A stretch of DNA of 64,000 nucleotides from Minisyncoccota bacterium (lineage in GTDB: Bacteria; Patescibacteriota; Minisyncoccia; Phycocordibacterales; CAJBRS01), in assembly GCA_017881075.1 (NCBI GenBank), contig JADGRH010000003.1:682-64681 (forward strand). Direction: 5' to 3'. The notes below the pieces were generated by a model that was given only the letters and a program-made list of their open reading frames with translations, ran no database searches and had not been told where the DNA came from. The position numbers and the translations under genes were made by a program. Of this stretch, positions 29,609-40,817 are shown in pieces (position 1 is the first letter of the stretch; every line of letters begins with the position of its first letter).

Positions 29609-30043
29609 ATGATCAAATTAAAAGATAAAAAAGGTTTTACCCTGATCGAACTCTTGGTGGTTATCGCCATCATTGGTATCCTTTCATCGGTCGTTTTGGC
29701 ATCACTCAGCACCGCCCGATCAAAAGGCAACGATGCTAAGGTCCAGGGTCAACTGGCTTCGGTTAGAAATGCTGCCGAGATCTATTACGGAACCAACGGT
29801 AATTACGGAACTACTACCTCCGCTTGTACGGGAGGAATGTTTGCCGATACCACTTCAGGTATGGCCAATCTTGTAGCTTCGGCCAACTACCCAACTGGTA
29901 GCACCGCAGTAGTATGTAACAGTAACGGTACAGCATATGCTGTCGGTGATACTTTGTCAGGCACAGGAAACTACTGGTGTGTAGACAGCACCGGCGTCTC
30001 CAAGAAGACCGGAGCAGCCCTTGGCGCAGCTACAAACTGCTAG
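29609..30043 (+). CDS. type IV pilin
   Basis: KG|FTLIELLVVIAIIGIL; C-terminal Cys pairs. Confidence 0.93.
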   Translation: MIKLKDKKGFTLIELLVVIAIIGILSSVVLASLSTARSKGNDAKVQGQLASVRNAAEIYYGTNGNYGTTTSACTGGMFADTTSGMANLVASANYPTGSTAVVCNSNGTAYAVGDTLSGTGNYWCVDSTGVSKKTGAALGAATNC

Positions 30044-30070
30044 TTATTTGTCTTTAAGTCTCAAATATCA

Positions 30071-30111
30071 AAAGAAAAACCCGGACCACAAGGTTTGGGT
30101 TTTTCTTTTTT
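30071..30111 (+). terminator. intrinsic terminator between pilins
   Basis: aaagaaaaacccggacc..ggtttgggtttttcttttt. Confidence 0.65.
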
Positions 30112-30129
30112 ATTGGTATAATTGGAATC

Positions 30130-30600
30130 ATGAAGTCAAAGACTACTTCTCGTGGTTTTACCCTTATTGAACTCTTAGTAGTTATCGCCATCATCGGTAT
30201 CCTTTCATCGGTGGTTTTAGCTTCTCTTAGCACCGCCCGATCAAAGGGAAATAACGCTAAAACTCAAGGGCAGTTGGCTTCGGTTAGAAATGCTGCTGAG
30301 ATCTACTATGATACCAACGGTAATTACGGAGCAGTCGCCGCTATTAGCGGAGCTACTTGCACCGGTGGTATGTGGAGTGATAGTGCCTCTGGAATGCTTA
30401 GTCTTACAACTGGAACGAATTATTATGACAGCACGGCTCCGAAATGTTCCACCGACGCAAACCCGACAACAAAATATGCTGCCTGGCATGCAATAAGCGA
30501 TGCAGCCAATCCAAACTTCTGTGTTGATAGTTCTGGAGTAGCTAAAAAAGAGCCATCTGGCTGGACTGCTCCAACTACTGCTAGCCCTATGTGTCCATAG
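30130..30600 (+). CDS. type IV pilin (paralog of 29609)
   Basis: RG|FTLIELLVVIAIIGIL. Confidence 0.93.
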   Translation: MKSKTTSRGFTLIELLVVIAIIGILSSVVLASLSTARSKGNNAKTQGQLASVRNAAEIYYDTNGNYGAVAAISGATCTGGMWSDSASGMLSLTTGTNYYDSTAPKCSTDANPTTKYAAWHAISDAANPNFCVDSSGVAKKEPSGWTAPTTASPMCP

Positions 30601-30702
30601 TCTACACAGGATAGTGGAGAAAAAGGGTCAGGAGCTTTTCTTGACTAACAAAAAGACCCAGCAATGGGCCTTTTTGTTTTTTTAGGCTATAATATATAGA
30701 AC

Positions 30703-31113
30703 ATGAGATTAAAGAATCGTGGTTTTACTCTCCTTGAACTCTTAGTAGTTATAGCCATTATCGGTGTTTTGGCGACCATTATTCTTGCTTCTCTTGCCAC
30801 CGCCAAGGCCAGAAGCCGTGATACCAGACGAATAGCCGACTTGAAGCAATTGCAGCAGGGGGTGGAAAATTATTTTGAGAATAATGGCACCTATCCTATT
30901 ACTTCCGACCTCACTTCTTTGTACCCCACCTATTTAGCCAGCGCTCCAAAAGATCCTTCGGGCGGCAATTACGCCTACGCTGGAACGGTTACCACTTACT
31001 GTATAGGTACCAATTTGGAAGCGAGCGTGCCCGCCGGAGTAGGTCCCTCTTCCAGTTGCACCATCTCGGGTTTTGATGCTAGCAAGGGCGCTTATAAAGT
31101 AGGTGGCCCATGA
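30703..31113 (+). CDS. type IV pilin / GspG-like pseudopilin
   Basis: RG|FTLLELL, ARSRDTRRIADL, PKDP. Confidence 0.9.
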   Translation: MRLKNRGFTLLELLVVIAIIGVLATIILASLATAKARSRDTRRIADLKQLQQGVENYFENNGTYPITSDLTSLYPTYLASAPKDPSGGNYAYAGTVTTYCIGTNLEASVPAGVGPSSSCTISGFDASKGAYKVGGP

Positions 31114-31892
31114 TTTTAGGAGGGATTATTTTCTTTGTTTTCGGTAGCATTATCGGCAGTTTTCTTAATGTGGTTATTCTCCGATATAATACCGGCCGCG
31201 ACGTAATCCGCGGCCGGTCTTCTTGTCCTGTCTGTCGGCACGAGCTCGGATTTTTAGAGCTCGTGCCCATTATTAGTTTCATCTTTCTTCGGGCTCGTTG
31301 TAGAAAGTGTCTTTCCAAGATTTCCTGGCAGTATCCTTTGGTAGAACTTTTTACCGGAGTCATTTTTGCCGCTGTTTTTTTAAAAATGAATAATATTCCT
31401 AATTCTTTATTCCTAATTCCTTATTCTCTGGTTATTTTTAGCGTTCTCATTACCATCTTTGTCTATGACTGGAAGCATAAAATCATCCCTGACGGCTTGG
31501 TCTACGGCTTCATTACTCTAAGTTTTTTGAACACATTATTCCTCATTCCTCATTCCTCATTTTTTATTCTCGATTTATTGGCTGGCCCTATCATGTTCCT
31601 ACCCTTTTTTCTCCTCTGGTTTTTTTCCAGCGGTCGCTGGATGGGTCTTGGAGACGCTAAATTGGCGACCGGCATTGGCTGGTTTTTAGGATTTTCTGGC
31701 GCTGTTTCAGCCGTCATTCTGGGGTTTTGGATTGGTGCCGTTGTCGGGGTATTAATGCTTTTGATAAAAAGTCCAAAAAGACTTACAATAAAGAGCGAAA
31801 TACCCTTTGCTCCCTTCCTTATTATCGGACTCTGGCTCGTTTATTTCTTCGGTTTTGATATTGTGGGCCTACATCTTCTTTTGTCACATTAA
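31110..31892 (+). CDS. pilD: prepilin peptidase
   Basis: GSFLNVVILR, CPVC..CRKC, YDWKH, MGLGDAKL, IPFAPFL. Confidence 0.95.
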   Translation: MILGGIIFFVFGSIIGSFLNVVILRYNTGRDVIRGRSSCPVCRHELGFLELVPIISFIFLRARCRKCLSKISWQYPLVELFTGVIFAAVFLKMNNIPNSLFLIPYSLVIFSVLITIFVYDWKHKIIPDGLVYGFITLSFLNTLFLIPHSSFFILDLLAGPIMFLPFFLLWFFSSGRWMGLGDAKLATGIGWFLGFSGAVSAVILGFWIGAVVGVLMLLIKSPKRLTIKSEIPFAPFLIIGLWLVYFFGFDIVGLHLLLSH

Positions 31893-31895
31893 TTT

Positions 31896-32606
31896 ATGAA
31901 ATTCTTATCAAATGTCATTAAGCCGAAATTAAAGCGCGGATTTACATTGATTGAGCTTCTCGTCGTCCTTGCCATCTTCATCGTCATCACCTCCGTCGTC
32001 CTCGCCCGCCAAAATCGTTTTTCCAGCGATATTCTCCTTTCCGACGTTGCCTATCAGATCGCCATCTCCATTCGCCAAGCCCAGGTTTATGGTCTGGGAG
32101 TTCGCAGTGTTGGAGGAGTGACTAAAGGAGTCGACATCACTTACGATACCGGTTACGGCATTCATTTTGAGGGTCCTTTGCCGGCAAGCTCCTACATTTT
32201 TTTCCCTGATCTTAATAAAAATGGCATAGCTGACGTGGTGAATGGTACTCTAGAAACAAGTCTATCAACACCGGGTACCATCAGTTACGATCTATCTCGA
32301 GGTCAGAAAATTGTCTCCGTTTGTGCCACTAATGCAAACGGCAATGGTTGTCTATCTGGTCTGTCTGGAGTAAAAGGAGGTTCTGGCAACGCCAGCTCCT
32401 TAAATGTGATATACATTCGTCCCGACCCTACCGCTAAAATATCAGACGATCAGGGTGTCTCTTATAACACCTTAGTTATTACTGTCGCCTCCTCCCTCGG
32501 TGATCGTTTTAAGTGCATCACTGCTTATGGCACTGGCCAGGTTTCTGTTTCCAATCCAACAGGTATTCTCCCAAATCCATGCATCTCTTCAAACCTAATA
32601 AAATAA
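31896..32606 (+). CDS. minor pilin
   Basis: RG|FTLIELL. Confidence 0.85.
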   Translation: MKFLSNVIKPKLKRGFTLIELLVVLAIFIVITSVVLARQNRFSSDILLSDVAYQIAISIRQAQVYGLGVRSVGGVTKGVDITYDTGYGIHFEGPLPASSYIFFPDLNKNGIADVVNGTLETSLSTPGTISYDLSRGQKIVSVCATNANGNGCLSGLSGVKGGSGNASSLNVIYIRPDPTAKISDDQGVSYNTLVITVASSLGDRFKCITAYGTGQVSVSNPTGILPNPCISSNLIK

Positions 32607-33142
32607 ATAGAAAAAGTGGATTCACCCTCATTGAATTGATGGTAGCTTCGGCTATTTTCATTATTGTTATGGTCATTGCTATTGGTGCGGTTCTTAGCAT
32701 TGTTGACGCCAATCGAAAAGCCCAATCTCTTAATGCTGTCATGACCAATTTGAATTTTGCCGTAGAAAGTATGGTTCGAGATTTAAACACCGGCACCAAC
32801 TACTGCGACGCCGTAAACCAATGCTCTCAAGGTCCCAACGTCGGAACTTTTTCCACTCCAGAACTTAGTTTTACTAATAGCCACAATGAACCGGTCGTTT
32901 ATCGTTTTGACCAGAAGAATGGCAAGATAACTAAAGAAGTAAACAATCAAGGCCCAGAGGACATGACTGCTCCGGACACAAAGATCACCAGTATGATTTT
33001 TTATGTAGAGGGACACGGAGTGGGCGATACATTACAGCCGATTATTCTGCTCTACCTTCAGGGGCAAGTGGGGGCGAGCCCCAAAACCAAATCCACTTTC
33101 AAGCTCCAGACCCTGATTACTCAAAGAAGGTTGGATTCATAA
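32579..33142 (+). CDS. minor pilin (PilW-like)
   Basis: SG|FTLIELM; likely ATG at 32579. Confidence 0.8.
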   Translation: MHLFKPNKINRKSGFTLIELMVASAIFIIVMVIAIGAVLSIVDANRKAQSLNAVMTNLNFAVESMVRDLNTGTNYCDAVNQCSQGPNVGTFSTPELSFTNSHNEPVVYRFDQKNGKITKEVNNQGPEDMTAPDTKITSMIFYVEGHGVGDTLQPIILLYLQGQVGASPKTKSTFKLQTLITQRRLDS

Positions 33143-33151
33143 TATAGGAAT

Positions 33152-33775
33152 ATGGAATATCAAATTAAAAATAAAAAGAAAGGCAGCCTCGGCTTTACCC
33201 TGATTGAAACTATGATTGCCATTGCTATTTTAGTCTTGGCCATTCTCGGCCCTCTTACTATCGCCGCCAATGCTCTCCATTCGGCCTATTTTGCCAGTGA
33301 TCAAGTGACGGCATTCTATTTGGCTCAAGAAGGCATTGAATACATGCGTTTTCTTCGGGACAATGATTTTATTGCTGACCAGTCTAGCCCCGGTTCAGTA
33401 GTATGGGATCAAGGATTGGAGAAATGTGATTCAAAGAGAGGGGGGTATACTTTCTGTGGCATGGATGCAAATAATGTCTTTTCGTCCAAAACAACTGTCT
33501 TGATTAATTGCGATAATCTGGCTGCATGTCGGCTAGTCCAGGATTCCACTGGCGCATTCCACCAACTAGATTCTGGAGGATCTTTGCCTCCCTCGGGGTT
33601 TACTCAGACCAATTTTTATCGAACTATTACAGTGAGCCAGGTCCCTGGCACTTCCAACGAGGATAAAATAACAGCGCATGTAAGCTGGACAACAGGCAAT
33701 CTTTCTTCCCCAACTAATTTCGAAATTAGCGAAAATGTTTTCAATTGGCTAGGCTCTTCACAATCACCACAATAA
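33152..33775 (+). CDS. minor pilin (PilV-like)
   Basis: LG|FTLIETM, AFYLAQEGIE. Confidence 0.85.
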   Translation: MEYQIKNKKKGSLGFTLIETMIAIAILVLAILGPLTIAANALHSAYFASDQVTAFYLAQEGIEYMRFLRDNDFIADQSSPGSVVWDQGLEKCDSKRGGYTFCGMDANNVFSSKTTVLINCDNLAACRLVQDSTGAFHQLDSGGSLPPSGFTQTNFYRTITVSQVPGTSNEDKITAHVSWTTGNLSSPTNFEISENVFNWLGSSQSPQ

Positions 33776-33776
33776 T

Positions 33777-36420
<2,644 letters not shown>

Positions 36421-36431
36421 GGATGGCCCGT

Positions 36432-36551
36432 GTCCCCCGCATCGCTCCTGCCCGACTTTTCTCCTCTGCTGAGTAGAAAGAGTCGTTCACGAGCTCTGCG
36501 GGAACAGATGTGGACCTTTGGGTATTTCAATAAGGACTATTGTGGTGCGGC
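36432..36551 (-). repeat. ~120-nt dispersed structured repeat, copy 1
   Basis: reverse complement closely matches 61002-61121. Confidence 0.85.
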
Positions 36552-36590
36552 TACTCCAGGTTCTATTTGATCTCATGTTATAATTTATCA

Positions 36591-36875
36591 ATGAACATTA
36601 GAGACATCGAGAAATTGGCGGCTCTGTCGCGGATTGATTTACAGGAAGGGGAGAAGAAGAGCCTGCTTGCGGAAATGGGTGCGATTTTAAATTATGTCAA
36701 TCAGGTGAAGGAGGCAGCTGCCTTCGCCGCTGATAATATGGAAGAAAAGCCGTATTCCCGGAATATTTGGAGAGAAGATGCTAATCCGCATGAGAGCGGA
36801 ATATTTACTGATGTATTGCTCGCAAGTGCACCGGCTCGGCATGGGCAATATATTAAGGTGAAGAAGATACTCTGA
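36591..36875 (+). CDS. gatC: Asp/Glu-tRNA amidotransferase subunit C
   Basis: DIEKLAALSRI...ILNYV...WRED...YIKVKKIL. Confidence 0.92.
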   Translation: MNIRDIEKLAALSRIDLQEGEKKSLLAEMGAILNYVNQVKEAAAFAADNMEEKPYSRNIWREDANPHESGIFTDVLLASAPARHGQYIKVKKIL

Positions 36876-38296
36876 TGGACCTAACTACCCTGACAATTAA
36901 AAAAGCTCATGACCATTTGATCAAGGGTGATTTTTCGGTGCGCGAATTGACGCAGGCCTATCTGGAAAATATTGAGAAGAAAAATAAAAACCTCAATGCC
37001 TATTTAGAAGTTTTTGATGATTGTTTGGATCAGGCCGACGAAGCAGATAAACGTCTGAAAAATGAAAAAGATAATTTCATGCTCGGAGTGCCGATGGCTT
37101 TTAAAGATAATATGCTGATCAAGGGTAGAAATGTTTCAGCCGGCTCTAAAATTTTGGAAGGATATAAAGCTACTTATGATGCCGGCGTCATCAAGAAATT
37201 AAAAGAGGCCGGCACTATCCTCCTCGGTCGCACCAATATGGATGAATTTGCTATGGGCACTTCCACTGAAAACTCCGCATATGGAGTGACTAAAAATCCC
37301 CATGATCTCTCCAGAGTGCCTGGAGGGTCGAGCGGCGGCTCCGCCGCCGCTCTCGCCGCCAACCTCACCCTCGGCGCTCTTGGGTCCGACACTGGCGGCT
37401 CTGTCCGCCAACCAGCAAGCTTCTGCGGTGTAGTTGGGTTTAAGCCAAGTTATGGACGCGTTTCTAGGTCAGGTTTAATTGCTATGGCTTCTTCTCTTGA
37501 CCAAATTAGTCCCTTTGCCAAGACCGTAGAAGATGCCGAAATTATTTACAACATCATTAAAGGAAAGGATCCACAAGATAGTACCTCGCTCGATATCAAG
37601 GATGAGATCTACAAGAGTAAATCAAAGATGAAAATTGGCGTGCCATTTCATTTCATAAACGAAGGAACAGAGCAAGCTGTCTTAGATAATTTCAACCAAT
37701 CAATTAAAAAGATGCAGGATTTAGGTCACGAGGTTATTCCGATTACTATACCAAATATTAAATATTCTTTAGCGGTCTATTATATTATTGTGCCGGCCGA
37801 AGTCTCTTCCAACCTTGCTCGCTTTGATGGAGTAAAATATGGCCTTCATAAGGATGGCCAAGATCTTTTGGCAGACTACCTCTTAACTCGCGGAGAAGGT
37901 TTTGGAAAAGAAGTCCGTCGTAGAATCATGCTTGGTACCTATGTTCTTTCAAGCGGCTATTATGATGCTTATTATGGAAAGGCCAATCAGGTAAAGAATC
38001 TTTTGAAGGCTGATTTTAGAAAAACTTTTGAAGAAGTGAATTTTGTCATGACTCCAACTTCTCCAACAGTCGCTTTTAAGATTGGCGAAAAAGCTTCTGA
38101 CCCTTTAGCTTTATATCTTGCCGACATCTTTACCGTACCAGCCAATATCACAGGGCTTCCTTCCATCTCCATTCCTTCAGGCTTCGCCCTAACCGATGGG
38201 AAAAAATTACCGCTCGGCCTTCAATTTACCGCTCCCTTTTTGGCTGAAAGTTCATTATTTGAAATAGCTAAACAATTTGAAAAACTAAATGGTTGA
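36875..38296 (+). CDS. gatA: Asp/Glu-tRNA amidotransferase subunit A
   Basis: TNMDEFAMG, PGGSSGGSAA, GSDTGGSVRQPA, SSNLARFDG. Confidence 0.97.
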   Translation: MDLTTLTIKKAHDHLIKGDFSVRELTQAYLENIEKKNKNLNAYLEVFDDCLDQADEADKRLKNEKDNFMLGVPMAFKDNMLIKGRNVSAGSKILEGYKATYDAGVIKKLKEAGTILLGRTNMDEFAMGTSTENSAYGVTKNPHDLSRVPGGSSGGSAAALAANLTLGALGSDTGGSVRQPASFCGVVGFKPSYGRVSRSGLIAMASSLDQISPFAKTVEDAEIIYNIIKGKDPQDSTSLDIKDEIYKSKSKMKIGVPFHFINEGTEQAVLDNFNQSIKKMQDLGHEVIPITIPNIKYSLAVYYIIVPAEVSSNLARFDGVKYGLHKDGQDLLADYLLTRGEGFGKEVRRRIMLGTYVLSSGYYDAYYGKANQVKNLLKADFRKTFEEVNFVMTPTSPTVAFKIGEKASDPLALYLADIFTVPANITGLPSISIPSGFALTDGKKLPLGLQFTAPFLAESSLFEIAKQFEKLNG

Positions 38297-38990
38297 AGAA
38301 AAATTCAAAGGAAAAGACAAGGAGAAGTCTGAAGTCTCGGAGGGTATTCATATCGTCGAGATCATCTTCGGTATTCTGATCCTTCTTTATTTTCTGAATC
38401 TTATTGGCAATTTTTTATCTCGTCATCTTGGCGGTGTTTCGCCGGACGGCACTAGCCCAACCGGCTTCAGCGCTTTCTCCGCTATTGGTCAGGCTATCGG
38501 CAGAACTTTTGTCAATGTCTTTCCCTCCATTCAATTTATCGCTATCTTCCTAACCCTTCTTTTTATCATGGGCATCATTTACACCTCTTTCAGATTACAT
38601 CATATAGAAAAAAAATATCATCTGGCCCAAAAAATAGAAAGAAATAAACAACTGAACGTTTATGATGAGAAAATAGTAAATCCCAAATGGCAGAAAGTTC
38701 TGGGGCATGTAAATGGTGCAAGCCCCAATGATTGGCGTTTGGCCATTCTTGAAGCCGATATTTTACTCGGTGACATGCTGGAGAAGATGGGGTACAGGGG
38801 AGAGGGGATCGGCGAGATGCTGAAATCAATAGAAGAGAATGATTTCAACACTCTTAATAATGCATGGGAGGGACACAAGATCAGAAATGCTATCGCTCAT
38901 GAAGGTTCGGATTTCATTCTTTCTCAACGTGAAGCCAAAAGGGCAATCAGCCTCTATCAGAGTGTTTTTGAGGAGTTTCATTTGATCTAA
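38289..38990 (+). CDS. membrane protein with C-terminal helical domain (RNxxxH motif)
   Basis: 2 TMs; WRLAILEAD..AWEGHKIRNAIAHE. Confidence 0.75.
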   Translation: MVEEKFKGKDKEKSEVSEGIHIVEIIFGILILLYFLNLIGNFLSRHLGGVSPDGTSPTGFSAFSAIGQAIGRTFVNVFPSIQFIAIFLTLLFIMGIIYTSFRLHHIEKKYHLAQKIERNKQLNVYDEKIVNPKWQKVLGHVNGASPNDWRLAILEADILLGDMLEKMGYRGEGIGEMLKSIEENDFNTLNNAWEGHKIRNAIAHEGSDFILSQREAKRAISLYQSVFEEFHLI

Positions 38991-39014
38991 TCTTTCCTTC
39001 GCGGGAGCTCGGGA

Positions 39015-39068
39015 TAGTTAGCAAAAGTAAAGACCACTTTCTAAGGTGGTCTTTACTTTTGCTAACTA
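39015..39068. terminator. 23-bp-stem hairpin between convergent genes
   Basis: tagttagcaaaagtaaagaccac / gtggtctttacttttgctaacta. Confidence 0.7.
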
Positions 39069-39069
39069 G

Positions 39070-39140
39070 TTGCGGGGCCCGGATTTGCGCCGGGGCCTGG
39101 AGGTTATGAGCCTCCCGAGCTACTGCTACTCTACCCCGCT
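39070..39140 (-). tRNA. tRNA-Met (CAT), probable initiator
   Basis: A1/A72 mismatch, GCGGGG/CCCCGC stem, anticodon arm GGAGG-CTCATAA-CCTCC. Confidence 0.85.
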
Positions 39141-39175
39141 ATGTGGGTAATCTAAACTTCTACACCTTAATTCCA

Positions 39176-39227
39176 TGGAGGTTATGAGTCTATTAGTTCT
39201 TTGCGAGCTACTGCTACTCTACTCTGC
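39176..39227 (-). pseudogene. degenerate partial copy of the adjacent tRNA-Met
   Basis: tggaggttatgag and cgagctactgctactctac blocks are repeated from the tRNA. Confidence 0.65.
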
Positions 39228-39307
39228 CATGAGCTTAATCGTAGTTATAGCAATATAACTCATCTTTATTTTATTTGCAATTTCCTATATATTTAACCAA
39301 CCTCAAT

Positions 39308-39380
39308 GTCGGGGTAGCTCAGTCGGTAGAGCACAGGACTCATAAGCCTGGGGTCGTGGGTTCGATTCCCACCCCCGACA
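39308..39380 (+). tRNA. tRNA-Met (CAT), probable elongator
   Basis: GTCGGGG/CCCCGAC-A; loop CTCATAA; TTCGATT. Confidence 0.9.
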
Positions 39381-39424
39381 CCTTCTTATAGGTTTTTAGC
39401 AAATTCTGATAAGATATTTTCGTT

Positions 39425-39498
39425 GCGGTCATAGCTCAACTGGTTAGAGCACTCCCCTGTCACGGGAGAGGTTGCCGGTTCAAGTCCGGTTGACCGCG
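39425..39498 (+). tRNA. tRNA-Asp (GTC)
   Basis: CTCCC-CTGTCAC-GGGAG; discriminator G. Confidence 0.95.
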
Positions 39499-39536
39499 CA
39501 ACTGAACGAAGTGGGAACTGTGGTAAAATTATAAAT

Positions 39537-40133
39537 ATGAAAAATTTAGGAAGAGGATTTATTGTCTCCTTGGTAATTGTGATTTTTGCTTTAGTTGTAG
39601 CGGTTGCATATATATACCATCTGAAACAATCTACAAAGGAGAAGGTGAGTGTAATGGTTGATGGACCAGGATTTGTTTCCGCTTACGATTACCCACTCAT
39701 TACCACAGGCTCTAAATTTGACCCGATTCATTACCAAGTCTGGGCTAATAACACTCTAAAGATAATTAAAAATAACGAGAGTATCCAAAGCATGTCTCTG
39801 GATGAGCAGGGGGAATTCGCACTGAATAAAGACCTTAATAAAAATATGCCTTTTATAGTAGATAAAGATGTGAATTATGATGGTTACAATGATGTTGGAG
39901 TGCTAACTTCAACAGGATATGCAGGGGTAAATTATTATTACGATTATTACATTTATAACCCGAAGACCGAAAGACTTGAAAAAAGTTCAATCTTAACTCA
40001 AATATCAAATCCAAAGTTTGATATGAATAGTAAAAAAATTATTTCATCCTATAGAAGTGGGCCGCAGTGGTACACTGAAATTTTACAATGGAACGGTTCA
40101 TCTTATGTAAGATCAAAGGCCAAATCAGAGTAA
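39537..40133 (+). CDS. membrane-anchored/secreted protein with DxNxDGxxD motif
   Basis: G|FI pilin-like N-terminal TM; DVNYDGYND. Confidence 0.65.
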   Translation: MKNLGRGFIVSLVIVIFALVVAVAYIYHLKQSTKEKVSVMVDGPGFVSAYDYPLITTGSKFDPIHYQVWANNTLKIIKNNESIQSMSLDEQGEFALNKDLNKNMPFIVDKDVNYDGYNDVGVLTSTGYAGVNYYYDYYIYNPKTERLEKSSILTQISNPKFDMNSKKIISSYRSGPQWYTEILQWNGSSYVRSKAKSE

Positions 40134-40210
40134 TAAAATACTCAAACTGGTACAATCTGAACATAACCACTCTCTCTAATCCTAGTTCCCGCTTTATCCA
40201 CTAGCGGGGC

Positions 40211-40246
40211 TTGACAAAAAATACCATGTGTATATACTTATGGTAT
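40211..40246 (+). promoter_or_regulatory. promoter and inverted-repeat operator of the TA operon
   Basis: TTGACA 40211, TATACT 40233; ATACCAT...ATGGTAT inverted repeat flanks the -10. Confidence 0.65.
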
Positions 40247-40513
40247 ATGAAAACACAAGTAAATCTTAAAATAGATAATAATGTTAAGAAGCAAGCTCAA
40301 AGGAGGGCGGAAGAGCTCGGATTGTCTTTGAGCTCCGTGGTGAATGTTACCTTAAAGCAGTTTGCTCGCACAGGTGAGCTAGAGCTTTCTGTTGCACCTA
40401 AAATGACTCCTTATTTAGAAAGTTTGGTACGCGAAGCAAGAGAGGATTATAAAAAAGGCAAAATTAGTGGTCCTTTTACTACAGCAGCCGAACTTATAAA
40501 GTATCTCAATTAA
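40247..40513 (+). CDS. RelB/DinJ family antitoxin
   Basis: QVNLKIDNNVKKQAQRRAEELGLSLSSVVNVTLKQFARTG. Confidence 0.88.
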   Translation: MKTQVNLKIDNNVKKQAQRRAEELGLSLSSVVNVTLKQFARTGELELSVAPKMTPYLESLVREAREDYKKGKISGPFTTAAELIKYLN

Positions 40514-40516
40514 TAA

Positions 40517-40783
40517 GTGATTATGAACGTAGTCACTTCTAGAGAGTTTAATAAACAGTTTAGTAACCAAACAAAGAAAATTAAAAGTAGATTTAATGAA
40601 AGAGTCAATTTATTTTTTGAAGATATGAGGCATTCCAGTCTGAATATCCATAAACTTTCAGGAAAGTATGAGGGGTTGTGGAGTTTTAATGTAACGGGTG
40701 ATATTAGAGTGATATTCGATTTGAATCAAAAAGACACTGTTATCTTGGTGGCAATAGGAACACATAGCAAACTATATAAATAG
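40517..40783 (+). CDS. RelE/YafQ family mRNA interferase toxin
   Basis: HKLSGKYEGLWSFNVTGDIRVIF...AIGTHSKLY. Confidence 0.9.
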   Translation: MIMNVVTSREFNKQFSNQTKKIKSRFNERVNLFFEDMRHSSLNIHKLSGKYEGLWSFNVTGDIRVIFDLNQKDTVILVAIGTHSKLYK

Positions 40784-40817
40784 TGAATCACGGGCCACCA
40801 GCAGATTGGAATGGGGT

